Below, one piece after another: positions 1-8,432 of a DNA stretch of 41,360 bases. Both the position numbers and the translations under genes were made by a program. Within the stretch, counting starts at the first letter, position 1; each line of letters starts with the position of its first letter. Location of the stretch: positions 1-41,360 of the forward strand of contig JAQBPZ010000111.1 in assembly GCA_028287225.1 (NCBI GenBank). Reading direction: 5' to 3'. The notes under the pieces were generated by a model. That model was not told the origin of the DNA. It ran no database searches and saw nothing but the letters and a program-made list of their open reading frames with translations. Origin of the DNA: Gemmatimonadota bacterium (GTDB lineage Bacteria > Gemmatimonadota > Gemmatimonadetes > Gemmatimonadales > Gemmatimonadaceae).

Positions 1-1
1 G

Positions 2-2182
2 CGCGTGTACGCGCTGGTGGAGGCCAAGCCCGGCAGCGGCCTCTATCGCAGCAACGACGCGGGCGAGCACTGGTCGCTCGTCAACACCACGCCGGGCCTC
101 ATCACGCGCCCCTTCTACTACGACAACGTCGACGCCGACCCCACGAATGCCGACGTCGTGTACGCGGGCGCCGAGAGCTTCTGGAAGTCCACCGATGGCG
201 GCCGCACCTTCCGCACGATGCGCACGCCGCACGGCGACAACCACGACATGTGGATCAACCCGCGCGACGGGAACGTGATGATCCAGGGGAACGACGGGGG
301 CGCCAACGTCTCCGTCAATGGCGGCCTCACCTGGAGCACCCAGCAGAACCAGCCCACGGCCGAGATCTACGGCGTCACGGTGGACAACCAGTATCCGTAC
401 CGCGTGTACGGCGCGCAGCAGGATCAGGGCAGCACGCTCATCGTGCCGTCGCTCCCGGTCTCGTCCCTCGCGCTCGACGAGCCGATCCAGTCCTGGCGAC
501 AGGGCCCGGGATGCGAGACGGGCCCGGTGGCACCGAACCGCACCAACCCCGACACGGTCTACGGCGCGTGCAAGGGCCAGTTCAGCCGCATGAGCCTCCG
601 CGCGGGCCAGGAGCAGCAGTCGTGGATCGGCGCGCAGTCGCTCTACGGCAACCCCAACAGCGCGCTCCGCTATCGCTTCCAGCGCGTGTCGCCCCTCGAG
701 GTGTCGCCGCACGAGCCGCACACCGTCTACTTCGGCTCCCAGTTCGTGCATCGCTCGCGCGATGAAGGCACCACGTGGGAGACGATCAGCCCCGACCTCA
801 CCGCCAACGATCCCCGCTACCGCGACGTGATCTCCGGCGAGCCGGTGACGATCGATGTGACGGGTGAGGAGATGTACGCCACGCTGTACTCCATCCGGGA
901 GTCGCCGATCGCCGCCGGCGTCATCTGGGCGGGTGCGAACGACGGCCCCATCAGCGTCACGCGCGACGGTGGCCGCACCTGGAAGCGCGTCACGCCGCCG
1001 GGACTCCCGGCCGGCGGTCGGGTGCAGAACATCGACCCCTCCCCGCACCGCCCCGGCGCCGCCTACGTCGCGGTGCTGCGCTACCTCCTGGGCGACTTCC
1101 AGCCGTACATCTACAAGACGGAGGATTACGGCGCCACGTGGACCCTGCTCACGCGCAGCGGGAGCGGAATTCCCATGGACGCGCCCACGCGCGTGGTGCG
1201 CGAGGATCCCGAGCGCGCCGGCCTGCTCTACGCCGGCACCGAGTTCGGCATGTACGTCTCGTTCAACGACGGCGCGAACTGGCGTCCCCTCCAGCTCAAC
1301 CTCCCCGTCACGCCGGTCACCGACCTCCGCGTGCATCGCGGCGACCTCGTGGTCTCCACGCAGGGGCGCGCCTTCTGGATCCTTGACGACCTCGCTCCGC
1401 TCCGCCAGCTCACCGATGCGGTCACGGCGCGCGGTGCGCACCTCTTCGCTCCGCGCGAGGCGATCCGCTATCGCTACCGCGCCGGCTTCGGCGGTGCCGA
1501 GTCCGACCGCGGCCCCGGCGACGACGCGCCGCAGTATCCCCCCGCGGGCGCGATGATCGACTACTGGCTCGGCGCCGCCGGTGCGCCGGTCACGCTCGAG
1601 GTGCTCGACGCGAAGGGCGCCGTGGTCCGCACCATCGGCAGCGACACCACGGGCACCCGCCTCTCCACGCGCGCGGGCGTGAACCGCTGGATCTGGGACA
1701 TGACGTATCCCGGCCCGCTCAACGGCGCGCGCGCCGGACGTGGCGGCGGTGGACCGATGGCCGCGCCCGGCCGCTACACCGTGCGCCTCACCGCGGCGGG
1801 GCAGACCACGACGCAGCCGCTCGTGCTGCGCGCCGACCCGCGCACCCTGCGCGACGGCATCACGCAGCAGGTCATGGAAGACCAGGTCGCCTTCAACCTC
1901 CAGGCGCGCGATCTCGTCAGCCGCTCCAATGCGTTCGCCGAACAGCTGCGCGCGGCCCGCACCCGGGCGGGCGCCGGAAGGAACGAGGCCCTCGAGGCCA
2001 TCGAGCGCGAATACTTCACGCCGACGGTGCGCTACAGCCGGCCCGGCCTCGACACCCACATCGGCTACCTGTACGGCATGACGCTGGGCGCGGACCAGCG
2101 CGTCACGCGTGATGCGCGTGCACGGCTCGCCGAGCTTCGTGCCCAGCTCGACGGGCTCGCGGCGCGGCTCGCCGCGTTGTAG
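2..2182 (+). CDS. BNR/Asp-box repeat beta-propeller protein (sortilin/VPS10-like), 5' end cut by window edge
   Basis: Frame is open from the window start to TAG 2180-2182. Repeated SxDxGxTW Asp-box motifs: SNDAGEHWS, STDGGRTF, SRDEGTTWE, TRDGGRTWK, TEDYGATWT. Confidence 0.85.
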   Translation, partial: RVYALVEAKPGSGLYRSNDAGEHWSLVNTTPGLITRPFYYDNVDADPTNADVVYAGAESFWKSTDGGRTFRTMRTPHGDNHDMWINPRDGNVMIQGNDGGANVSVNGGLTWSTQQNQPTAEIYGVTVDNQYPYRVYGAQQDQGSTLIVPSLPVSSLALDEPIQSWRQGPGCETGPVAPNRTNPDTVYGACKGQFSRMSLRAGQEQQSWIGAQSLYGNPNSALRYRFQRVSPLEVSPHEPHTVYFGSQFVHRSRDEGTTWETISPDLTANDPRYRDVISGEPVTIDVTGEEMYATLYSIRESPIAAGVIWAGANDGPISVTRDGGRTWKRVTPPGLPAGGRVQNIDPSPHRPGAAYVAVLRYLLGDFQPYIYKTEDYGATWTLLTRSGSGIPMDAPTRVVREDPERAGLLYAGTEFGMYVSFNDGANWRPLQLNLPVTPVTDLRVHRGDLVVSTQGRAFWILDDLAPLRQLTDAVTARGAHLFAPREAIRYRYRAGFGGAESDRGPGDDAPQYPPAGAMIDYWLGAAGAPVTLEVLDAKGAVVRTIGSDTTGTRLSTRAGVNRWIWDMTYPGPLNGARAGRGGGGPMAAPGRYTVRLTAAGQTTTQPLVLRADPRTLRDGITQQVMEDQVAFNLQARDLVSRSNAFAEQLRAARTRAGAGRNEALEAIEREYFTPTVRYSRPGLDTHIGYLYGMTLGADQRVTRDARARLAELRAQLDGLAARLAAL

Positions 2183-2184
2183 GA

Positions 2185-2223
2185 GCTGACGGGCTGACGG
2201 CCGGTGGCCGTCAGCCCGTCAGC
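2185..2223. terminator. Bidirectional hairpin between convergent genes
   Basis: GCTGACGGGCTGACGGCC (2185-2202) is perfectly complementary to GGCCGTCAGCCCGTCAGC (2206-2223). No clear U tract. Confidence 0.6.
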
Positions 2224-2234
2224 GGGCGCGCGAC

Positions 2235-2732
2235 TCACGCGAAGCTGGGTGTGTCGGAGGCCAGTGCGGGGCCCGGCACACCCAGCAGTCGCCGCACCGC
2301 CTCCGTGCGGTACGAGAAGATGCGCCTCAACTGGTACCGCACGAGCGGATGCGCGATCTCCCCGAGCGGAAACAGTGGCAGCCGGTATCGCACCTCGTCC
2401 TCGATGATGGTGCCGCCACGATCGTCGTCGGTGAACGAGTGACGGTGCACCCACTGCGCGTACGGACCGCGCAGCTGCACGTCCACGAACTCCTCATCCG
2501 GCACCCATCGCTCGATGCGCGTGCGCCAGCGCATGGGAATGCCCCGCAGCCCGATCGTGTAGTCGATCAGCGTTCCCGCGGTCATCGCGATCGGCAGCGG
2601 CGTCTGGATGGAGAACGCGACTTCCGGTGGCGTGATCCGGCCGAGGTTCGCCGCGTCGCTGAAGAAGGCGAAGGCCCGGGACCGGGGCACCGCGAGCTGG
2701 ACGCGGGTGCGCAGGACGTGGTCTCGTGTCAT
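2235..2732 (-). CDS. SRPBCC (START/polyketide cyclase-like) family protein
   Basis: 165-aa ORF, ATG at 2730-2732. The N-terminal pattern (VQLAVPRSRAFAFFSDAANLGRITPP) and the size are typical of SRPBCC ligand-binding proteins. Confidence 0.75.
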   Translation of the reverse strand: MTRDHVLRTRVQLAVPRSRAFAFFSDAANLGRITPPEVAFSIQTPLPIAMTAGTLIDYTIGLRGIPMRWRTRIERWVPDEEFVDVQLRGPYAQWVHRHSFTDDDRGGTIIEDEVRYRLPLFPLGEIAHPLVRYQLRRIFSYRTEAVRRLLGVPGPALASDTPSFA

Positions 2733-2797
2733 GCGGGCTCAATGCGCGCGGGCGCCGGGGCGTTCCGGCGGGCGGCGCAGGCGGGCAACGCGAGCGG

Positions 2798-3112
2798 CTA
2801 GCGCTCGTCGTCCACCGCGCGGATCGCGGCCATCACGCGGGCGGCGAATCCGGCGCGAGGGTGCTGCGCCCGGCGCCGCGCGAGGTCGCCGTCCAGCCGC
2901 TTCCAGAACTCCACGTCGCCCTGCGACTGCTCGCGGCGCACACTCGCCTCCGTCGCCTCCCCGTCGAGCCACGCGTGCACCGCCTCGCTCAACGTCAGCG
3001 CGGGCGGGCCGATCGGCACCTCGCGCTCGGCGGGCACACTCCGGGCATCGGGATCAGGCGTCGCGCGCGGGGCGGCAGACTGGTCGTCGCTGGAGTGCAC
3101 GTCGTCGAGCAT
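2798..3112 (-). CDS. Putative short anti-sigma factor (104 aa)
   Basis: Its ATG (3110-3112) overlaps the sigma-factor stop (3112-3114) as ATGA. It has the anti-sigma-like motif AVHAWLDGEATE followed by ARVMAAI. The protein ends before any transmembrane segment. Confidence 0.5.
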   Translation of the reverse strand: MLDDVHSSDDQSAAPRATPDPDARSVPAEREVPIGPPALTLSEAVHAWLDGEATEASVRREQSQGDVEFWKRLDGDLARRRAQHPRAGFAARVMAAIRAVDDER

Positions 3113-3678
3113 CAGGCGTACTTCTCCTCCAGCAGTGCCTGCAGCGCCTCGCGTGCGCGATGCACGCGCATCTTCAGCGCGCCGACGGTGGTGCCGAGCA
3201 GGTCCGCCATCTCCTCGTACGACCGGCCCTCCACGTGCTTCATCACGAACGCCTCGCGCAGCGACGCGGGCAGCGATGCGAGCGCCACGTCGAGGTCGCT
3301 CCGCAGCTCCGTCCGGTCCAGCTCCTCGTCCGGCGTCGCGAAGCCGGACGGCTGGTCGTCCTCCTCGTAGCTGAGGTGCGAGCGGCGGATGTTCTTCAGC
3401 CAGTCCTTGCAGCCGTTCGCCACGATCCTGAACACCCAGGCATCGAAGCGGCCGCGCACCTCCGCGAGGTGCTGGTAGGCCTTGATGAACGACAGCTGCA
3501 GGATGTCTTCCGCGACATCCGGGCTTCCGGTCATGCACAGCGCGTGTCGATAGAGTGGATCACTGTAGCGAGTGATCAGCACGGTAAACTCATCGCGGCT
3601 GCCCGCGAGCACGCGCTGGATGATGCGCTGATCAGAGTCGTCCTGATCAACAAGCAGTTCTGGCTCCGAGGTCCTCAC
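3112..3678 (-). CDS. ECF-type RNA polymerase sigma-70 family factor
   Basis: Region 2 (DQRIIQRVLAGSRDEFTVLITRYSDPLYRHA, FDAWVFRIVANGCKDWLK) and region 4 (LREAFVMKHVEGRSYEEMADLLGTTVGALKMRVHRAREAL) are present. Start is set at GTG 3676-3678; an upstream ATG at 3762 is the alternative. Confidence 0.9.
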   Translation of the reverse strand: MRTSEPELLVDQDDSDQRIIQRVLAGSRDEFTVLITRYSDPLYRHALCMTGSPDVAEDILQLSFIKAYQHLAEVRGRFDAWVFRIVANGCKDWLKNIRRSHLSYEEDDQPSGFATPDEELDRTELRSDLDVALASLPASLREAFVMKHVEGRSYEEMADLLGTTVGALKMRVHRAREALQALLEEKYA

Positions 3679-3765
3679 GACGGTAGAGTAATGCAGATGA
3701 CGCGCGCCGGACAGGGTATTTCTGTCGCAAGTTGCAACGCCGCCCTCGAAACGCGTCCCCACGGG

Positions 3766-4845
3766 TCAGCCGAACGCCCCCCATCCGGCCGCGCGGATCG
3801 CACTGCTGTGCTCGCCAAGCCGAGGCGGCGGGTGCCGGATGGTGCCCGGCACGCTGGGCGGCATCCCGGTGAGCGCCGACGCGTCGGTGCACGCCAGCAC
3901 CTCCGTCACCGCGCGGACCACGCCGCACGGCACCCCGGCCGCATCCAGCGTCACTCGCCACTCGGCGGCGGTTCGCTCCGCAAGACGCCGCGCCATGGCG
4001 GCCACGACACGCTCACGCTGCGCGAGCCGCCCCGCGTTCGTTCGCAATGCGGGATCGTCGGCTAGCTCGAGCGTCAGGGCGCTGGCACACGCCGCCCACT
4101 GCGCATCGTTCCCCACGGCGATCACGAGCGCACGGTCGCTCGCCTGGAACAGCTGGTAGGGCACCAGGTTCGCATGCGCGTTCCCCCACCGGCGGGCGGG
4201 CGCGCCGGAGACCAGCACGTTCTGCGCGACGTTCACCAGCGCCGCCTCCGCGCTCCGCGCCAGCGACACCTCCACGGCCCGCCCCACCCCGCTCACCCCG
4301 CGCGCCACCAGGGCCGCCAGGATGGCGAGCGCCGCATCCTTCCCCGCCAGCACGTCCGCCAGTGCCACGCCATGCTTCATCGCCGCGCTGCCCGGCTCGC
4401 CGGTGATGGACATCCATCCACTCTCCGCCTGCACGACGAAATCGTAGCCCGGTCGCGAGCTCCCCGCCCCGAAGCCCGTAATGGTGCACCACACGAGCCG
4501 CGGGTTCCCCTGGCGGAGCGCCTCGCTGCCCAATCCGTATCGCTCCAGCGTGCCCGGGCGGAAGTTCTCCACCACCACGTCCGCCTCGCTCGCCAGCTCG
4601 GCCAGCAGCGCCCGGTCGCCAGCTTCGGCGAGGTCGGCCGTGAGCCCGAGCTTGTTCCGGTTCACGCTCAGGAAATAGGCGCTCTCGCCCCGTTCGTCGA
4701 ACGGAGGCCCCCAGCCCCGGGTGTCGTCGCCCGACCCCGGGCGCTCCACCTTGAGCACGTTTGCCCCAAGGTCCCCCAGCATCATGGTGCACAGGGGTCC
4801 CGCGAGCACGCGGCTCAGATCGAGCACTTTGATGCCAGTCAGCAT
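3766..4845 (-). CDS. CoA transferase family III (CaiB/BaiF)
   Basis: N-terminus MLTGIKVLDLSRVLAGPLCTMMLGDLGANVLKVERPGSGDDTRGWGPPF is the family signature. 359 aa. Confidence 0.9.
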   Translation of the reverse strand: MLTGIKVLDLSRVLAGPLCTMMLGDLGANVLKVERPGSGDDTRGWGPPFDERGESAYFLSVNRNKLGLTADLAEAGDRALLAELASEADVVVENFRPGTLERYGLGSEALRQGNPRLVWCTITGFGAGSSRPGYDFVVQAESGWMSITGEPGSAAMKHGVALADVLAGKDAALAILAALVARGVSGVGRAVEVSLARSAEAALVNVAQNVLVSGAPARRWGNAHANLVPYQLFQASDRALVIAVGNDAQWAACASALTLELADDPALRTNAGRLAQRERVVAAMARRLAERTAAEWRVTLDAAGVPCGVVRAVTEVLACTDASALTGMPPSVPGTIRHPPPRLGEHSSAIRAAGWGAFG

Positions 4846-4964
4846 CCGATTCGCCTATGCTGGTTCGATGGTGTCGTCATGGATCACGCTTTTCTACCGG
4901 GAATTTTCGGCCGGAGCGCGACAGCCCACATGCCGCCGGCCCTGCTCCGGAATGTGATTCTACC

Positions 4965-4992
4965 TTGCGTAGCTGTCGAAAAATCATATACT
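4965..4992 (+). promoter_or_regulatory. Sigma-70-like promoter candidate for the phasin-like gene
   Basis: TTGCGT (4965-4970), 16-nt spacer, TATACT (4987-4992), inside a locally AT-richer divergent intergenic region. Confidence 0.4.
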
Positions 4993-5100
4993 TGCCGCGA
5001 CAAACCGGGCCTCACGGCACGGCGCGGCGAAGTTAGCGCGCTGGAGCGCGGCCTTCAATGAAACGGGGAGTCCCTCCCCCGAGCATGGAAACGGACCGGC

Positions 5101-6003
5101 ATGGTGGACAAGGATCAGGAGATCGAGGACGCGCCGGCAGCTGCCGCCGCTCCCGCGCCTCGTCGGGGACCCGGGCATCGTGGTGCCGACATGCGCGACA
5201 CCGTGGCCGAGATGGCCGAACGGGCGCAGCTGATCAGCCAGGAGGCCGGCAGCAAGGTGTCCGCGGCCATGAAGGACGTGATCAGCGCCGCCGCCGGCCT
5301 CTCCGGCTTCGCCATCGAGAGCGCCCGCGACCTCGTGCAGTACATGGTGCGGCGCGGCCAGATGACGCAGGAAGAGGCGGACAAGCTGCTCCGCGAGGCC
5401 GAGGCCGCTCACGAGCGGAAGCCCGCGAGCGAGAAGGAGCGCCCGACCTTCTCCAAGGTGGCCGCCGAGAAGGCCGCGGCCGACAAGATCGCCCGCGACG
5501 CCGCCAACGCGGCCGCGGCGCTCCTCGCCCCGCCCCAGCGTCCTGGCGCGTTCTCGCTGCGTCCGGCAGCCCCCAAGCCCCCTGCGCCGGCCCCAGCGGC
5601 CTCGTCCGCTCCGGCCCCTGCGCGTGCGGCGGATGCCGCTCCGGCGGCCCGCTCTGCGCCCGCCGCGAAGGCCGCGCCCGCCAAGACGGCACCCGCGGCC
5701 AAGGCAGCCCCCGCCAAGGCCGCGGCGAAGGCGCCCGCCAAGTCGGCGGCCAAGGCTCCTGCAAAGGCTCCGGCCAAGGCTCCCGCGAAGTCATCGGCGA
5801 AGGCGCCCACCAAGTCCGCCGCCAAGACACCCGCGAAGTCCGCCGCCAAGGCACCTGCCAAGGGTGCGGCCTCGCGGCCCGCCAAGTCGGCCGCCAAGGC
5901 CGGCGCCAAGTCGAGCGCGGGCAAGTCGGGCGCCGGCAAGACGAGCGGCGGCAAGTCGGCCGGCAAGGGCGCCGCGAAGTCTCCGGCAAAGAAGAAGAAG
6001 TAG
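5101..6003 (+). CDS. Phasin-like N-terminal domain fused to a histone-H1-like Ala/Lys/Pro repeat tail (PhaF/AlgP-like)
   Basis: N-terminal segment (ARDLVQYMVRRGQMTQEEADKLLREAE) resembles the PHA-granule phasin domain. The C-terminal ~170 aa are AKAPAKSAAK-type repeats ending in KKKK. Confidence 0.7.
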   Translation: MVDKDQEIEDAPAAAAAPAPRRGPGHRGADMRDTVAEMAERAQLISQEAGSKVSAAMKDVISAAAGLSGFAIESARDLVQYMVRRGQMTQEEADKLLREAEAAHERKPASEKERPTFSKVAAEKAAADKIARDAANAAAALLAPPQRPGAFSLRPAAPKPPAPAPAASSAPAPARAADAAPAARSAPAAKAAPAKTAPAAKAAPAKAAAKAPAKSAAKAPAKAPAKAPAKSSAKAPTKSAAKTPAKSAAKAPAKGAASRPAKSAAKAGAKSSAGKSGAGKTSGGKSAGKGAAKSPAKKKK

Positions 6004-6035
6004 TCGCAGCGGCGATTCCTCCTGACGCTGGCTCG

Positions 6036-7013
6036 ATGTCGCGCGCGCTGGTGACCCGGGCGCCCACCCGGCTCGACTTCGGGGGCGGGTGGACCGACGT
6101 GCCGCCCTACACCGACGAGGAAGGCGGCGTGGTCTGCAACATCGCCATCACGCGCTACGCCACCGCCACCGCGGCCGTCGACGGCCACGCGGCGGTGCAG
6201 CACGGCGCCGTGACGGCCGCGGACGGTGCGCTGGTTCGCGCCGCCCTGCGACGATCGGCCCTTGTCGGTGCCGAGGCCGCCGTCACCAGCGACTTTCCCA
6301 TCGGCGCGGGGCTCGGCGGGTCGTCCGCGGCGGGCGTCGCGCTCGCCGGCGCGCTCGCGATGCTTGCCGGCGAGGTGGTGGAGCCCGGCATGCTGGCGGA
6401 GCGGAGCCGCGAGACCGAGGTGCGCGAGCTCGGCATCGCCGGCGGATTCCAGGACCACTACGCGGCGGCGTACGGCGGCGCGCTCCTGCTCACCTTCGAG
6501 GGATGCGTGGGCGTGGAGCAGCTCGCGCTCACCCCGGAATTCTGCGAGGCGCTCACGCGACGTGGCGTGCTGGTCTACACCGGAGAGTCCCGCATCTCCG
6601 GCTCCACCATCGACGCGGTGCTGAATGCGTATCGCGCACGCGAGGAACGCGTGTGCGCCGCGCTCGCGCGCATGAAGGCGCTCGCGCGCCAGATGGCCGC
6701 CACCGTGCGCGACGGCGACCTCACCGCGCTCGGCGCACTGGTGCATGAGCACTGGAGCGCGCAGCGCGCGCTGCATCCGTCCATCACCACGCCCCGCATC
6801 GACGCCATCATGGACGCGGCATCGCGCCATGGCGGCATCGGCGGCAAGGCCCTTGGCGCCTCGGGCGGCGGGTGCGTGCTCGTGATCGCCGAGGACGGCC
6901 GCGAGGACGAGCTGGCCGGCGCGCTCTCGCCCTATGGAGAGCGGCTGGACTACGGAGTCGACGAGCTCGGCTTCCAGGTCGTCGCGTCGCTGGATGGAGC
7001 GCTCGACACATGA
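6036..7013 (+). CDS. GHMP-family sugar kinase (HddA/fucokinase-like)
   Basis: ATG at 6036, in the frame of track ORF 5058..7013. GHMP motif II is PIGAGLGGSSAAGVALAGAL, and GGKALGASGGGCVLV lies near the C-terminus. Confidence 0.85.
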   Translation: MSRALVTRAPTRLDFGGGWTDVPPYTDEEGGVVCNIAITRYATATAAVDGHAAVQHGAVTAADGALVRAALRRSALVGAEAAVTSDFPIGAGLGGSSAAGVALAGALAMLAGEVVEPGMLAERSRETEVRELGIAGGFQDHYAAAYGGALLLTFEGCVGVEQLALTPEFCEALTRRGVLVYTGESRISGSTIDAVLNAYRAREERVCAALARMKALARQMAATVRDGDLTALGALVHEHWSAQRALHPSITTPRIDAIMDAASRHGGIGGKALGASGGGCVLVIAEDGREDELAGALSPYGERLDYGVDELGFQVVASLDGALDT

Positions 7014-8164
7014 CGGAGGCGCGCATCGCCCCCGGCGACGCCCGCGCGCTGGCCCGCGCGCTGGTGCGCGTGGACTCCCGCAATCCGTCGCTCGTGGCGG
7101 GCGGCGCGGGCGAGGCGGCCTGTGCGCGGCTGCTGCACGACGTGCTGCGCGAGTGGGGGTTCCACACCGAGCTGCACGATGCCGCCCCGGGGCGTCCCAA
7201 CCTCGTGGCGCGCATCGGAGCGGGGCCGCGCTCGCTGATGTTCAACGGGCATCTCGACGTCGTCGGTGTGGAGGGCATGGTCCACCCGCCCTTCGACGCG
7301 CACGAGCGTGACGGGCGCATGTACGGCCGCGGCTCCGCCGACATGAAGGGGGGCATCGCCGCGATGTGTGCGGCGGCGCATCGTGCGCATGCGCAGGGCA
7401 TCGCCGGCGAGATCGTCATCGCCGCGGTCGCCGACGAGGAGTACGAATCGCTCGGCACGCGCGCACTGATCGCGCGCGGTGTTCGCGCCGACGCCGCCGT
7501 CGTCACCGAGCCCACGCGGCTGGCCATCATGCCGGCGCACCGCGGCTTCGTGTGGATCGAGGTGGAGGTGACGGGGCGCGCCGCGCACGGCAGCCGCTGG
7601 GACATCGGGGTGGACGCCATCCGCCACGCCGGCCTGCTGCTGGCCGAGCTGGACCGCGTGGATGCCGAGGTGCTCCCGCTTCGCACCCATCCGCTGCTGG
7701 GGCGCGGCTCGTTGCACGCGTCGCTCATCGAGGGCGGCATCGGCATGTCCACCTATCCCGACCGTTGCCTCCTCAAGCTGGAACGCCGCAGCATCCCGGG
7801 CGAGTCGGCCGACGACGTGCTCGCCGAGGTGCGCGGTGCATGCGAGGCCGTGCGCTCGCGTCGCCCGAGCTTCCAGGCCGACGTGCGCCTGCTGGTCACG
7901 CAGGGCCCGAGCGACGTGGCCGTCGACGCGCCGCTCGTGCAGGGGCTCGGCGCGGCGCTCGCGTCGTGCGGCGAGCCCGTCGCCATCCAGGGAATGTCCG
8001 CGTGGACCGATGCCGCGCTGCTGAACGACGCCGGCATCCCCGCCGTGTGCTTCGGGCCGGGCGACATCTCGCTCGCGCACGCCGCCGAGGAGTACATTCC
8101 TCTCGACGAGATCGACCGCGCCACCGCGGTCCTCACCGAACTTGCCGGCCGCTGGTGCGCGTAG
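7010..8164 (+). CDS. M20 family metallopeptidase / ArgE-DapE-type deacylase
   Basis: ATGA overlap with the upstream stop (7010-7013). Motifs: NGHLDVV, GRGSADMKGG, DEEYES, GFVWIEVEVTGRAAHGS. Confidence 0.9.
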   Translation: MTEARIAPGDARALARALVRVDSRNPSLVAGGAGEAACARLLHDVLREWGFHTELHDAAPGRPNLVARIGAGPRSLMFNGHLDVVGVEGMVHPPFDAHERDGRMYGRGSADMKGGIAAMCAAAHRAHAQGIAGEIVIAAVADEEYESLGTRALIARGVRADAAVVTEPTRLAIMPAHRGFVWIEVEVTGRAAHGSRWDIGVDAIRHAGLLLAELDRVDAEVLPLRTHPLLGRGSLHASLIEGGIGMSTYPDRCLLKLERRSIPGESADDVLAEVRGACEAVRSRRPSFQADVRLLVTQGPSDVAVDAPLVQGLGAALASCGEPVAIQGMSAWTDAALLNDAGIPAVCFGPGDISLAHAAEEYIPLDEIDRATAVLTELAGRWCA

Positions 8165-8192
8165 GCCGCCCCGGCCCCACCCCGCGCGCTGC

Positions 8193-8432
8193 ATGCCGAC
8201 CCGTCGCACCAAGGTCACCCAGCTGAACGCTGCCCAGTACGATGCCCTCGAGCGCGCCATCGCCGACGGGCGGCGGCTCTCCGTGTGGCGCCGCGGCAAC
8301 GAGTACATCATCATCGTGGACCGCCTGCGCGTCACCGGCGGACGCGAGGCGCTGGAGTGCCATCATCCCACCACCGGCGACAAGCTCGTGATGTACATCG
8401 ACGAGCTCGAGGGGATCGAGGTGATCGGGTGA
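8193..8432 (+). CDS. Small hypothetical protein (79 aa)
   Basis: ATG 8193-8195. The stop TGA 8430-8432 overlaps the GTG start of the next gene (GTGA). No family recognised. Confidence 0.5.
   Translation: MPTRRTKVTQLNAAQYDALERAIADGRRLSVWRRGNEYIIIVDRLRVTGGREALECHHPTTGDKLVMYIDELEGIEVIG

Noticed and set aside
2798-3538. 246-aa version of the anti-sigma ORF
   Set aside because: Its upstream 142 codons overlap the sigma-factor gene in another frame. The ATG at 3112, which forms an ATGA junction, is the sensible start.
5640-6000. Tandem DNA repeats
   Set aside because: They lie in frame within a coding region and encode the AKP low-complexity tail. This is not a non-coding satellite or array.
5058-7013. 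651-aa ORF apparently fusing an Arg/Gly-rich region to the GHMP kinase
   Set aside because: The first 326 codons are an alternative frame of the AKP-repeat gene (5101-6003). The kinase homology begins at ATG 6036.
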